64,000 nucleotides of DNA from a virus (taxonomy: Duplodnaviria; Caudoviricetes). The stretch spans positions 1 through 64,000 of the IMG/VR virus record IMGVR_UViG_3300009431_000002; one strand, given 5' to 3'. A program made the position numbers and the translations under genes. A model generated the notes under the pieces. It was not told the DNA's origin. It did not search any database and worked only from the letters and a program-made list of their open reading frames with translations. Below are positions 50,841 to 59,910 of the stretch, one piece after another. Each line of letters begins with the position of its first letter. Within the stretch, counting starts at the first letter, position 1.

Positions 50841-51162
50841 TGGGCCAGTCCACCAGCTTGAAGTCGAGCTCGAAGCCCGGCACGCGGTACGCCATCTCCT
50901 GGATGCGGTCCACGAGCGGCACCGGAATGGTCTGGTCCTCGCGGTGGTACAGCTCCAGCTCCAGGTGCTGCGTGACCTCGCCGGTCTCCGGGTCCAGGTC
51001 GCAGGTGAACCGGCAGCGCTTCACCAGCTGCAGCGCTTGGCCGTCGACGGTGATGACCGTCTGGTCCGGCGTGGCGCCGACGAGGATCTGCACCGGGTGG
51101 TTCTGGGAGGCGGTGGGGCGGCGGCCTGGCCGCTGTACTCCTTGGTCGATTCGACGTACCAT
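50818..51162 (-). CDS. Hypothetical protein
   Basis: GGAG RBS. Confidence 0.6.
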   Translation of the reverse strand: MVRRIDQGVQRPGRRPTASQNHPVQILVGATPDQTVITVDGQALQLVKRCRFTCDLDPETGEVTQHLELELYHREDQTIPVPLVDRIQEMAYRVPGFELDFKLVDWPSAARQAQ

Positions 51163-51172
51163 CGTGGTCTCC

Positions 51173-51529
51173 TCACATCACCGCGAGGTCGACGTCGTCG
51201 CCGACCTTCATCGTGATGTCGTTCATGTGCAGCAGGCAGTGCTCGACGTCCTCCACCTTCTTCAGGGGGATGGCGTCCTTGAGGAAGCGGCGGAAGGTGA
51301 TCCGGTCGCCCGGCTCCACCGGCGGCGTCAGGGTCACGCCCTTGTCGGTGAGCTGGCCGGGGCCGACGCGGACCACGCGGCCGACGCCCTCCATGACGTG
51401 CTCGCGGCCGACGTCCTGGTTGGGCCGGTACAGCCCGCCGCGGGTCTTCTCGCCGCGCGGCTCCACGGAGACGAGCACGTAGGGGCCCATCGGGCGGATG
51501 ACGTCGGGGTGGATGTCAGAGCTGTCCAT
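51173..51529 (-). CDS. groES: GroES/Cpn10 co-chaperonin
   Basis: IRPMGPYVLV, EKTRGGLYRP mobile loop, GRVVRVGPG, VEPGDRI. Confidence 0.88.
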   Translation of the reverse strand: MDSSDIHPDVIRPMGPYVLVSVEPRGEKTRGGLYRPNQDVGREHVMEGVGRVVRVGPGQLTDKGVTLTPPVEPGDRITFRRFLKDAIPLKKVEDVEHCLLHMNDITMKVGDDVDLAVM

Positions 51530-51869
51530 GGAGTGTGTCCTCGAGCTCGGCCTCGTCGACCTCGCCGTCGGGTCCGCCGATGTCCAGCATCTCCTCGTCC
51601 TCGCCGTCCACCACCCCGTCCAGCAGGTTGGCGACTTGACGACCCATCCGAGGGTGCATCGGGACCATGTCGAGGGTGAGGTCCTTCGGGAAGTTGAAGA
51701 AGGAGCGCGAGCCCTTCCCCTCCCCCATCATCAGGCAGAGCTGGGTCTTCTCCGCGTTGTTCCGGTCGATGTACCGGATGATGAAGACGTCACCCGGAAT
51801 CACCTCCAGTACCCTCGTCCCCAACGCTTGCGTAGTGCGCTGCCCAGGGTGGCGGCGTGCGTCCGTCAT
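51516..51869 (-). CDS. Hypothetical protein, acidic C-terminus
   Basis: GGAGG RBS. Confidence 0.6.
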   Translation of the reverse strand: MTDARRHPGQRTTQALGTRVLEVIPGDVFIIRYIDRNNAEKTQLCLMMGEGKGSRSFFNFPKDLTLDMVPMHPRMGRQVANLLDGVVDGEDEEMLDIGGPDGEVDEAELEDTLHGQL

Positions 51870-52101
51870 TTGGATCCTCCACTTCGGGCAAGGTCATGCT
51901 GTGGACGCCGGTGTGGCATCCACACTGCCTGACGACCAGCCCATCGGCCGACGGCAGGTACCGGACGGGCTGCTCACAGACTGGGCAGACCGTCCCCGCT
52001 GTCATCGGAGGCGTCACCGCCTCCTGGTTGTGCTTGAGGTGCCACAGGATCAGGTCCTGCTTGTACTCGATCCTCGCCAGTGCCTCCATGATCGCCTTCA
52101 C
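51790..52101 (-). CDS. Zn-ribbon hypothetical protein
   Basis: CPVC...CGC; GGAGG before GTG. Confidence 0.55.
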   Translation of the reverse strand: MKAIMEALARIEYKQDLILWHLKHNQEAVTPPMTAGTVCPVCEQPVRYLPSADGLVVRQCGCHTGVHSMTLPEVEDPNDGRTPPPWAAHYASVGDEGTGGDSG

Positions 52102-52525
52102 GGATCTCCTCCACCCTGTAGATGACGGCGCCGCTCGTGCTGGGCCCGAAGTGGAGCGCGAAGCGGCCTCCATCCGGGAAGCCTAGCAGCATGCTGTGCA
52201 CCACGGTCTTCGGCGGCACGCCGACCGGCTCCACGTCGAGGGCGAGGACCTTGCCGTACTTGAGCATCTGGGCCACGGTGTCCGGCGAGGCGCCGTACTC
52301 ACCCGGCAGCCCCATCCCACGGGTGGCGCGGTAGAAGTCCTCGGCGCCCATGGTCGTGAGCCGGTAGGGCTCGCCCTCCTGCGCCGCCCGCCCGAGGACA
52401 GGGTGGCAGATCATGTGGCTCGCCTTGCACCACGGACACGTCGGCGTGTCCGTGGCCTCCACCAGCGAGCCGTCCGGTGAGACGATGGCGACAGCCGCGA
52501 GGCAACCGGTACAGACGAAGATCAC
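51974..52525 (-). CDS. Zn-finger hypothetical protein
   Basis: CTGC...CPWC. Confidence 0.6.
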   Translation of the reverse strand: MIFVCTGCLAAVAIVSPDGSLVEATDTPTCPWCKASHMICHPVLGRAAQEGEPYRLTTMGAEDFYRATRGMGLPGEYGASPDTVAQMLKYGKVLALDVEPVGVPPKTVVHSMLLGFPDGGRFALHFGPSTSGAVIYRVEEIREGDHGGTGEDRVQAGPDPVAPQAQPGGGDASDDSGDGLPSL

Positions 52526-52929
52526 AGCTGACCCACTCCTCCCTCACCGGGCATGGACGGCTCGTGGTTGTATGACTCCCAGTCCGGGGCGTCGTCCACC
52601 TCGATGCCGGCCTCCTCGTCCATGTCGCCGAACGGGTCCTCGAGGCTTTCCGTCCGCGGTGGCGGCTGCTGTAGGACCCGCACCTCCGCGCCATCGGTGT
52701 GCGGCGCGGCCGGTGCTGGTGGCGCGGCGGGCTGCGACGACACAGTGTCGCCGGCCGGTGCAGAAGCGCCGGAGTCGGACTTCACCAGCCCCACGACCTT
52801 GGAGAGCTCCCGCTGGTCGATGACGACCTCCGCGGTGAGGCCGACGTCGTTCTTCAGGACCAGCGTGGTCGCCATCTGGCCACCGCGCTCCAGGTCCATC
52901 AGCTCTCCGACTCGGATGAGCCTGATCAC
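52522..52929 (-). CDS. Hypothetical protein, Pro/acidic C-terminus
   Basis: GTGA coupling, GGAGG RBS. Confidence 0.6.
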   Translation of the reverse strand: MIRLIRVGELMDLERGGQMATTLVLKNDVGLTAEVVIDQRELSKVVGLVKSDSGASAPAGDTVSSQPAAPPAPAAPHTDGAEVRVLQQPPPRTESLEDPFGDMDEEAGIEVDDAPDWESYNHEPSMPGEGGVGQL

Positions 52930-53429
52930 GTCCGCCTCCTTGCCCTCCGGACCTTGGAGGGTCGGGCACCCGCCCGTTCTCGCCACTCCTTGCTGCCGAT
53001 CCGCACCAGGTTGCCAGACTCCATCGCCTCGGCCCGGAGCTTCTCGGCCGCCGCCCCTCGGCGGCGCAGCCGCGACACCTGGGCCTGATTCGTCGTCGGG
53101 CCCAGCGGCCGGACAGCGATGGGCCCCATCGACGTCCAGTCGTGCAGCACGGCCTTCGCCTGCTGCTCGCGCTCCTTGATCTGGTCCTTCCGGAACGGGT
53201 AGAGCGCGTTACTGAAGTCCTCCAGTGCCTGTTGCACGTGCTTGCCCTCCTTGGGCGTCACGATTGCCTGGGTCAAGAGCCTGGCTTCCGTCCGCTGGAT
53301 CTCCTGCTTCCGTTGCCAGACCAACACCATGAGCGCCTCCTGCCAGCCCCCAGGATCGGGCATGCCGGCGAACTTGTCGTAGAAGATGTTCGCCAGTGCC
53401 CAGCCGACAGGAGTCGTTAGCCATTTCCC
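52926..53429 (-). CDS. -1 frame extension (gpT-like) of the tail assembly chaperone candidate
   Basis: Open -1 frame entered at G GGA AAT: GKWLTTPVGWALANIFYDK...; no RBS-linked start near its beginning. Confidence 0.6.
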   Translation of the reverse strand, partial: GKWLTTPVGWALANIFYDKFAGMPDPGGWQEALMVLVWQRKQEIQRTEARLLTQAIVTPKEGKHVQQALEDFSNALYPFRKDQIKEREQQAKAVLHDWTSMGPIAVRPLGPTTNQAQVSRLRRRGAAAEKLRAEAMESGNLVRIGSKEWRERAGARPSKVRRARRRT

Positions 53430-54298
53430 AGTGTCTCCACGTTGATGGCGTCGCGGATGCGGTCGTCGAACCACCCGTGGTTGAGCCAGATGTCCTGGAG
53501 GATGACGAACGGCCGCGTGAGGAGGTCGAAGAACTTCTTCTCGAAGGTCTCCTCGTCCACCTCGCCGTTCGACTTGCGGTGCTCGAGGATCTCCTCGTCG
53601 TTGATGCGGGTCACCGACAGCGCCACCTGCACCATGCCCATGACGGTGTCGTGGTACATCTGGCTCGGCCGTTCGCCGACAGTGCTCTTGACCACGTCCC
53701 AGGTGTAGCGCTTGGCGAACAGGTCCTCCTGCCCGCTCAGAGCCCGGAAGGTCACCTCGAACTTGCCCTCGACGATGGGGACACGCTGGATGCCCCCGCG
53801 GCCCACCACGTAGTGCCGGATGTCGATGGGCTCGCACCGGGCCTCGATGGCCTCCCTCACCTCGGGGTTGTCGAGCTGGTCGGTGCGCTGCTGCATCAGC
53901 ATCTCGAAGAACTTGGGGTCGACGTCGGGGCGCGGCTTGTCACCCTCCTCCGCCTGCTCTTCGACCGCGGCGTCCGCCTGCTGCGCTGGCTGCTCCTCAC
54001 CCTCGTCCGGGGGCGGCGAGGCCGCGGCCGGCCCGGAGCCGAGACCGCCTGTGCGGATGGAGTCGCGGAGCTCGTCGGCCGTGAACGCCTCCTCCTGCTC
54101 CGGCATCATCGGGGGCGCGCCTCGGTGGGCGTGGTCGGTCAGGACCGGCGTGCCCGCGAGCGGCTTCGCGTGGCCGAGCGGGACACCGCCCTCCTGGCCT
54201 CCGCGTTGCGTCGCTGCGGCGATCCGCTGCTTGTAGTTCTCGACAGCCGCGTCGTCTGCGCCGTCGCCGAGTTCCAGAACTTGTCGCTTTGTCGCCAC
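53417..54298 (-). CDS. Putative tail assembly chaperone (gpG-like)
   Basis: FEVTFRALSGQED-type core; ends CTG GGA AAT GGC TAA with an X XXY YYZ slippery site. Confidence 0.55.
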   Translation of the reverse strand: MATKRQVLELGDGADDAAVENYKQRIAAATQRGGQEGGVPLGHAKPLAGTPVLTDHAHRGAPPMMPEQEEAFTADELRDSIRTGGLGSGPAAASPPPDEGEEQPAQQADAAVEEQAEEGDKPRPDVDPKFFEMLMQQRTDQLDNPEVREAIEARCEPIDIRHYVVGRGGIQRVPIVEGKFEVTFRALSGQEDLFAKRYTWDVVKSTVGERPSQMYHDTVMGMVQVALSVTRINDEEILEHRKSNGEVDEETFEKKFFDLLTRPFVILQDIWLNHGWFDDRIRDAINVETLGNG

Positions 54299-54301
54299 GG
54301 T

Positions 54302-54730
54302 CTATCCCTCCGAGTAGTTCTTGCCCGGGTGCCGGTATGCCGGCGCGCCGGACGGAATGAAGTCCAACGGGGTGACGGGGGCGGCCGGCGGGGGCGCCGG
54401 CTGCGCCTGCAGCGCGGACTTCAACGTCGCGCCGACCGCCGACTCCCACTTGTTGCCGCACCCCTCTGCGAGGCACCGCCAGATGATCTTGCGCGGGCAC
54501 GTGGTGCCCTGCACCGCCGTGGACCCACACCTCGGGCACGTGGGCACGCGAGGTGCCTGCTTCTTCTCCGGGACCTTGCCTGTGCCCGCGGAGATCGCGT
54601 CTTGGATGCCGCCGATCCCCTGCTGGTGCTCGAGGTCCTCCAGCCACCGCTGCTCGTCGGGCGTCCGTTCCCCCGCCGGGATCGCCCGGAGCTTCCGGAG
54701 GATGTCCTGCCTCTTGGCGTCAAGACCCAA
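54302..54730 (-). CDS. Zn-ribbon protein
   Basis: CPRC...CPRK..C...C. Confidence 0.65.
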   Translation of the reverse strand: MGLDAKRQDILRKLRAIPAGERTPDEQRWLEDLEHQQGIGGIQDAISAGTGKVPEKKQAPRVPTCPRCGSTAVQGTTCPRKIIWRCLAEGCGNKWESAVGATLKSALQAQPAPPPAAPVTPLDFIPSGAPAYRHPGKNYSEG

Positions 54731-55388
54731 GGCGGTACTCCGCGGCCCGTCGGGTCTCGTCGAGCACCGCGGTGCCGTTCCGGGAGAAGGTGAGCTTCAG
54801 CTCGCCGTCCTCGATCTCCACGTCGACGGCCAGCGGCTCGGGGAAGTACAGCTTGCCGGCCTTCGGCGCGAACGCGTACATCCGGTCGACCTGCTGCAGG
54901 TCGCAGAAGAACAGGCTGCTCTCGCCGAGGCGCGCGTCGGGCTGCCGGCCGCGGCCGGGCATGTCGACGGCCATTCGACGGATGTCCTCATGCAGCGCGT
55001 CGCGCAGGCCCACCGGCGCCAGCCAGATGATGTCTCTCCCCAACAGCCCGAGTCCGGACTGGATGGCCTCACTCCAGGTGGGGAGCTGGAGGGCCCAGGT
55101 GACGTCGCGGCACGCGGCGTCGTCGATGACCTTGGACGCCGAGGACACCAGCTCCTCGACATCGCGCTGCAGCTTCGTGATGGGCACGTCCATCGGAAGC
55201 GCCGCGTCCCCCGCCACGACGAACGAGGCGCCATGCCCCGTCGGCGCGGGCCCGAGCTGGGTGACGAGGGCTGCGCTCGCCGCTGCGTGGTGACCGTCGC
55301 CGAAGGCCTTGTACACGAACTGGCGAACGCCGTTGATGAAGTGCCGGGGTGCCCGTTCCCACAGTTCCAGGGCGCTGAGATCGGTCAT
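54720..55388 (-). CDS. Hypothetical protein
   Basis: GGAG before MTDLSALE; GTACA-N5-TGTAC site upstream. Confidence 0.6.
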   Translation of the reverse strand: MTDLSALELWERAPRHFINGVRQFVYKAFGDGHHAAASAALVTQLGPAPTGHGASFVVAGDAALPMDVPITKLQRDVEELVSSASKVIDDAACRDVTWALQLPTWSEAIQSGLGLLGRDIIWLAPVGLRDALHEDIRRMAVDMPGRGRQPDARLGESSLFFCDLQQVDRMYAFAPKAGKLYFPEPLAVDVEIEDGELKLTFSRNGTAVLDETRRAAEYRLGS

Positions 55389-55404
55389 GCGCGCTCCAAG
55401 GTGT

Positions 55405-55419
55405 GTACAGCGTATGTAC
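55405..55419. promoter_or_regulatory. Operator-like GTACA-GCGTA-TGTAC
   Basis: Matches 44678-44692; TTGACA lies at 55440-55445 on the minus strand. Confidence 0.6.
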
Positions 55420-55422
55420 TTA

Positions 55423-55623
55423 CTAGCGTTCGCGCTCGGTGTCAAGCGCGACGATGGTGATGTCGAGGCCAACAGCGTGCGCGAGCCGGCGCACGACGCG
55501 GATGCCTGGGCTCCTGGTTTTGCCGGACAGCGCGCCGTGTACGGTCTGGCGGGTGACGCCGCCGACTCGGTCTGCGACGTCCTGGTAGGAGAGGTTCTGA
55601 CGGACGCGCTGCGCCTCGATCAC
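55423..55623 (-). CDS. Cro/C1-type HTH protein
   Basis: RVRQNLSYQDVADRVGGVTRQTVHGALSG...RRLAHAVG. Confidence 0.8.
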   Translation of the reverse strand: MIEAQRVRQNLSYQDVADRVGGVTRQTVHGALSGKTRSPGIRVVRRLAHAVGLDITIVALDTERER

Positions 55624-55796
55624 CTGGACGATGGGATCGGTGATGGCGGACCCTTCCTCACCAGCGAGATGCTCGGCACGTCGAAGTCCTCCTGGCATCG
55701 TCCGCAGAAGTACTTGGACGTCCCCCTTCCCGTCGCCTTCACCCGGATCACCAGGTCCCTCTTCTTGCACTTCGGGCATAGAGCCGTGTTCAGCAT
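55620..55796 (-). CDS. Zn-ribbon protein
   Basis: CPKC...CGRC. Confidence 0.6.
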   Translation of the reverse strand: MLNTALCPKCKKRDLVIRVKATGRGTSKYFCGRCQEDFDVPSISLVRKGPPSPIPSSR

Positions 55797-55804
55797 GCGC
55801 AAGG

Positions 55805-56092
55805 TCACCGCGCAACTCCCCTCCTCACCTGCACCGAGCAGGTCGCCTCCGGCCACTCCTCCTCCACGAGCCGGCCGATGGCGTCCTCCACCGCGCGGTC
55901 CTCCGGCGCGTCCTCGATGACTCCGAGGAAGACGACGAAGCGGAGCGGGTCAGTCAACAGGCGAGGGTCGGTGTAGACGGACACGAAGATGACGAACGGC
56001 GCATCCAGCATGAGGATGCGCTCGCGGAGGCGCAGGGCCTCCTCGCGGTCCGTCGTGCGGACGTGGGGGGTCGGAGCCTTGAAGGCCGTCAC
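55805..56092 (-). CDS. Hypothetical protein
   Basis: GTGA coupling. Confidence 0.55.
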   Translation of the reverse strand: MTAFKAPTPHVRTTDREEALRLRERILMLDAPFVIFVSVYTDPRLLTDPLRFVVFLGVIEDAPEDRAVEDAIGRLVEEEWPEATCSVQVRRGVAR

Positions 56093-56367
56093 CGCGCCTC
56101 CAGGCCCGATTCCATGAAGCGACTCAGCGTGCGGCCCCACTGCGTCTCCTGCACACGCTCGTGCTCGAGGATGTCGAAGGCCAGACTCCCCAGCGTTCCG
56201 CTACGGAAGTCCGTGTTGATGTAGGTCTTGACGCGGGCGAGGTTGCGGGCCAACCGGAACCCGTCCCGCACGTCCGGCTTCGCCGGCGTCTGGTACCTGC
56301 CGACTCGAGCGGCTCTGCGGAGGGTCGGCGCGACCTTGGGGTTAGGCTGGACGGGCACGGCTGTCAC
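56089..56367 (-). CDS. Hypothetical protein
   Basis: GTGA coupling. Confidence 0.55.
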   Translation of the reverse strand: MTAVPVQPNPKVAPTLRRAARVGRYQTPAKPDVRDGFRLARNLARVKTYINTDFRSGTLGSLAFDILEHERVQETQWGRTLSRFMESGLEAR

Positions 56368-57412
56368 TCCTCAGCGGCGCCAGTTCCTTGTAGGCGTCCG
56401 CGTGGTCGTTCACCTTGTTGAGTCCGAACTGGGCCTCGCCGCGAGCGTACAGACGCTGGCGACGCGCCGGATCCGGCGCGTAGCCCCGCAGAGCGGGGAT
56501 GACCTGCGTGGGGTCGGTGCTGGCCACGTAGATGCCATCGGGTCCGAGGGTCTCGCGGGACGACCCAGAGTCGAGCGCGATGACCTCCTTCTTCGCCCCC
56601 ATCGCCAGCACGGCCTCGGTGCGGACGCTCTCGCTGCGGTCCCAGCTCAGTTCGAGCACGGCGTCCGCGGCGTTGATGAGCATCTCCTCCGGCTTGCTCT
56701 CGACCACGGTGACCCTGGGCCCAGCGGGCTGCGCCAGCGAGATGACCTGCTCCGCGGCCTCCTCGGCCGGGTCCGCGATGATGAGCTGGTAGCCCTCGTC
56801 CGACGAGGCGAGGTTGTTGATCACCGGCGTCAGGACCTCGATCTCCTCGACCGTCGGTTCCATGACGACCAGCGTCGTCTCCGCCGGCTGTACGCCGAGG
56901 TCGGCGCGGGCTTGAGCAGCCGGCCGCTGCTGCACCTTCTGGATGGGCGGCCGCAGGACCTTGATGCGTGGCTCCTCGATGCCGGCCGCCATGAGGGCGT
57001 TCTTCCCCCGGAAGTCCGGGACGACCCACAGCGAGATGCGCGAGTAGGCCAGTCGCTTGATGACGCCGCGCCGGACTGGACGGGCCCCGTAGCGGTGGGC
57101 CAGCATCCGCTGGCGCGTACCGTACAGGCCCATCACGCCGAGGCGCGACAGCTCCATGGAGTGGAAGATCACCAGGTCCGGGTTGATGAGCCGCGTCCGC
57201 TGCAGGATGTCGGCTCGCTCCAGCTGGAGACGCCTGTGGACCTCGATGGTGCGGTCGAGCACCCCGATGGCCCGCTTCCCAGCTTGACGCTGCTGGACAC
57301 GGTCGCCGAACCTCTCCAGGAAGATGTGCTCGTTGACCGCGTCGTTCTCGATCAGCGTCCGGACGAAACGGATGTGGGGGCCCCGCCGTGGGCCGATGTG
57401 AAGGAAACGCAT
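56364..57412 (-). CDS. GT4-like (GT-B fold) glycosyltransferase with degenerate catalytic motif
   Basis: MRFLHIG, PDLVIFHS, AADAVLELS..SESVRTEAVLAMGAKKEVIA. Confidence 0.65.
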
Positions 57413-57472
57413 GCCTGAAGAAGGGGGCGGTCGTTGTGGCATAAGGGTACCTAACAGCAGGAGGAGAGTACC

Positions 57473-57649
57473 ATGCACAGTGTCAGGAGATCAACTGACA
57501 AGAAGAAGGCTCGGCGCGCCGCCGGCAAGGAGGCCGACGTGCTGTGTCCGAACTGCAACGAGATGATGGAGTTCCCGGTTGCGAGGCCGTGGCATCCCAT
57601 CCGGGCAACTCGCCGGTGCCCGGCGTGCGGCGTGGTGGAGCACCCCTAG
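57473..57649 (+). CDS. Small Zn-ribbon protein
   Basis: Manual translation MHSVRRSTDK...CPNC...CPAC; AGGAGG RBS. Confidence 0.65.
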   Translation: MHSVRRSTDKKKARRAAGKEADVLCPNCNEMMEFPVARPWHPIRATRRCPACGVVEHP

Positions 57650-57656
57650 TCGGGGT

Positions 57657-57896
57657 TCACGCGCACTGCTCCAGATCCCCCTCCCACATCGCCTGGGAGG
57701 GGGACAGCGGCACGGGCAGTGTCCGCAGCTCCTCCTCCAGCTGACTCCGGAGGTCACGCAGCTCCTTGATGCGCTCGCCGACGCCCTCTTTGCGCTGGGT
57801 CTGGGGCCACTGGAGAAGCGCACGGATGGCTTCGTCCACGTCGTCCAACGACTCGAGGATGAACCGGCGTCGCACGTCTGGGTGCACGGTGCTCAT
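57657..57896 (-). CDS. Leaderless small coiled-coil protein
   Basis: ATG 6 nt after TACCAT. Confidence 0.7.
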   Translation of the reverse strand: MSTVHPDVRRRFILESLDDVDEAIRALLQWPQTQRKEGVGERIKELRDLRSQLEEELRTLPVPLSPSQAMWEGDLEQCA

Positions 57897-57902
57897 ACCT
57901 TT

Positions 57903-57931
57903 ATGGTACGCACGCGCAATCCAACTGTCAA
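57903..57931 (-). promoter_or_regulatory. Promoter TTGACA-17-TACCAT (leaderless)
   Basis: Read directly. Confidence 0.75.
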
Positions 57932-58235
57932 CAAATTGCCTGACGCCTGGCCGGTAGCCGTTGTCGCACGGCTGTCTGATAATGGTCTTGGCGGTCGGGC
58001 GTTCTCCTCTGCAGGTTGGCGGAGAGGTTCGGCAACCGCGCCCGGCCGCCCTCGAAATTCCGCCCCCACTGCATGGTACAAGGTAGATAGACCGACCGGA
58101 GGAAACCTCCGTTGGGTGAGATTAGGTCTGGGTGCGGGTCCGGTCGGTTACCCGCACCCCGACCTTTACCTCGCAAAGGCCCGCGTCGGCCCGTCATAAG
58201 CGATGTAGATACCCATCAACCAGCTGAGGAGAGCT

Positions 58236-59165
58236 ATGCGCCACATCACCATCGACCGGAACTTCTGCCGGCTGTTCGCGTTCGTCGGAGACGACAGCCG
58301 ACCGCACCTGATGCCCATCTACATCGACGACGACGGCACCGCCTGGGCCACCAACGGCCACCTGATGCGCAAGGTCCCACTCCCGCCGCAGGGGAGCAAG
58401 GTGCCCCCCACCGCCCTCCTCTTCGACAAGCGGGTCAAACTCCTCGACGTGGATGAGACCGTGGTGCTCGACGTGGACGAGACCCCCACCAAGCACGCCG
58501 AGTACGGCACGTTCGCGGCGCCCGGCCGCCCCGGCATCAAGGGGAAGCTGGCCAACCTCGATGCCCGGCCGGACTACTCCTACGCCGTCCCGACGGTGGA
58601 CGAGGAGTTCGTCCTCCGCCGGCGCTACTTCATCGAGGTCCTGCGGTCGTTCGGCGACCACTTCGCCGTGCGCGCTGGTCTCCACCTCAGCTGGTCCGAC
58701 CGGCACCAGCGGCGCATCATCGACCCGTTCAGCGGCGTGCTCTTCAGCACACCCGACGCCCGCGACTTCGCCGTCGTGATGCCGGCGCGGCTGGACGACG
58801 TGGCGCACCTCCACGGCCGACGTCGGCGCGTGGTCGTCGAGTCCCCCTACGCTGGTTCGATGCCCGAGGAGATCCAGGCCAACGAGACCTACGCTCGGGC
58901 CTGCATGGTCGACTGCCTGTCGCGCAACGAGGACCCCATCGCCTCCCACCTCCTCTACCCCCAGGTCCTCGACGACACAGTGTCGTCGGAGCGAGAGACC
59001 GGCATGAACGCCGGCTTCAACTGGCGTGCTGTCGCAGACATGACCGTGGTATACGATGACCGAGGCATCACGCCGGGGATGCAGAAGGGCATCGAACACT
59101 CCGAGGCCATCGGCGTTCCGGTCGTGCGCCGCACCCTCAAGATGGAGACGGACGATGCTCGCTGA
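58236..59165 (+). CDS. Beta-clamp-like N-terminal domain fused to DUF7768/NDT-like C-terminal domain
   Basis: DDSRPHL..IY....WATNGH; VVVESPYAG...PIASHLLYPQVLDD...RGITPGM..GI. Confidence 0.55.
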   Translation: MRHITIDRNFCRLFAFVGDDSRPHLMPIYIDDDGTAWATNGHLMRKVPLPPQGSKVPPTALLFDKRVKLLDVDETVVLDVDETPTKHAEYGTFAAPGRPGIKGKLANLDARPDYSYAVPTVDEEFVLRRRYFIEVLRSFGDHFAVRAGLHLSWSDRHQRRIIDPFSGVLFSTPDARDFAVVMPARLDDVAHLHGRRRRVVVESPYAGSMPEEIQANETYARACMVDCLSRNEDPIASHLLYPQVLDDTVSSERETGMNAGFNWRAVADMTVVYDDRGITPGMQKGIEHSEAIGVPVVRRTLKMETDDAR

Positions 59166-59910
59166 CCCCCTGAAGGCCACCTACGACGACCTCCTCCGCC
59201 AGCTGAACCGCGGCATCATCCCCGATGGGTTCCAGGCCAAGGCGCGCTGTCCCCTCTGCCACGGCTCGAACACCATCCGCAAGCAGATCGGCTACGACGA
59301 CGAGAAGAAGAAGCCCGTCACGGCGCGCGTCGGCTGCCCGTGCATCGAGCGCCAGATCATCGCCGAGTACCACCGCGAGCAGCGGAAGCTCGCCAAGGCC
59401 GTCTCCTCGCCGGCGACGCCCGAGAAGAAGGGCCCGCGGCAGCCCACCAGGAAGGTGCTGGAGCGCCGCGCCCGGCTGCAGAACACCGTCGACTCCCGCA
59501 AGAAGAAGCTGGAGGGCGCCGAGCAGCTCGTCGCCGACCTCGAGGAGCAGGTCGAGCTGGGCACGGTCGAGATGCGCGAGGAGATGAACGAGCTTCAGGA
59601 GGAGCTGGGCCGGCTCAACGACGCGACCGGGCACGCCTACAAGGTCCACGACGAACTGGAGGAGACGGCCAAGGCCATCCAGGAGCAGCTGGCCCGCGTC
59701 CACGAGGCGCTGCGCGGCCTGGCGTCGGACAGGGAGGAGGTCAACGGCAAGGTGGAGGCGGTCGTCGCCCAGATCGACGGGGTCAAGGAGCGGCGCGCCG
59801 TGGACCTCGGCAGGGCCCGCGCCAGGATGGAGAACGCCCGCCGCAACTACGACACGTCGTTCGGCAAGCTCCAGAGCCTCGACAGGATGATCGATGCCGG
59901 CAACGCGTGA
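59155..59910 (+). CDS. Zn finger plus long coiled-coil protein
   Basis: CPLC...CPC; heptad repeats. Confidence 0.7.
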   Translation: MLADPLKATYDDLLRQLNRGIIPDGFQAKARCPLCHGSNTIRKQIGYDDEKKKPVTARVGCPCIERQIIAEYHREQRKLAKAVSSPATPEKKGPRQPTRKVLERRARLQNTVDSRKKKLEGAEQLVADLEEQVELGTVEMREEMNELQEELGRLNDATGHAYKVHDELEETAKAIQEQLARVHEALRGLASDREEVNGKVEAVVAQIDGVKERRAVDLGRARARMENARRNYDTSFGKLQSLDRMIDAGNA

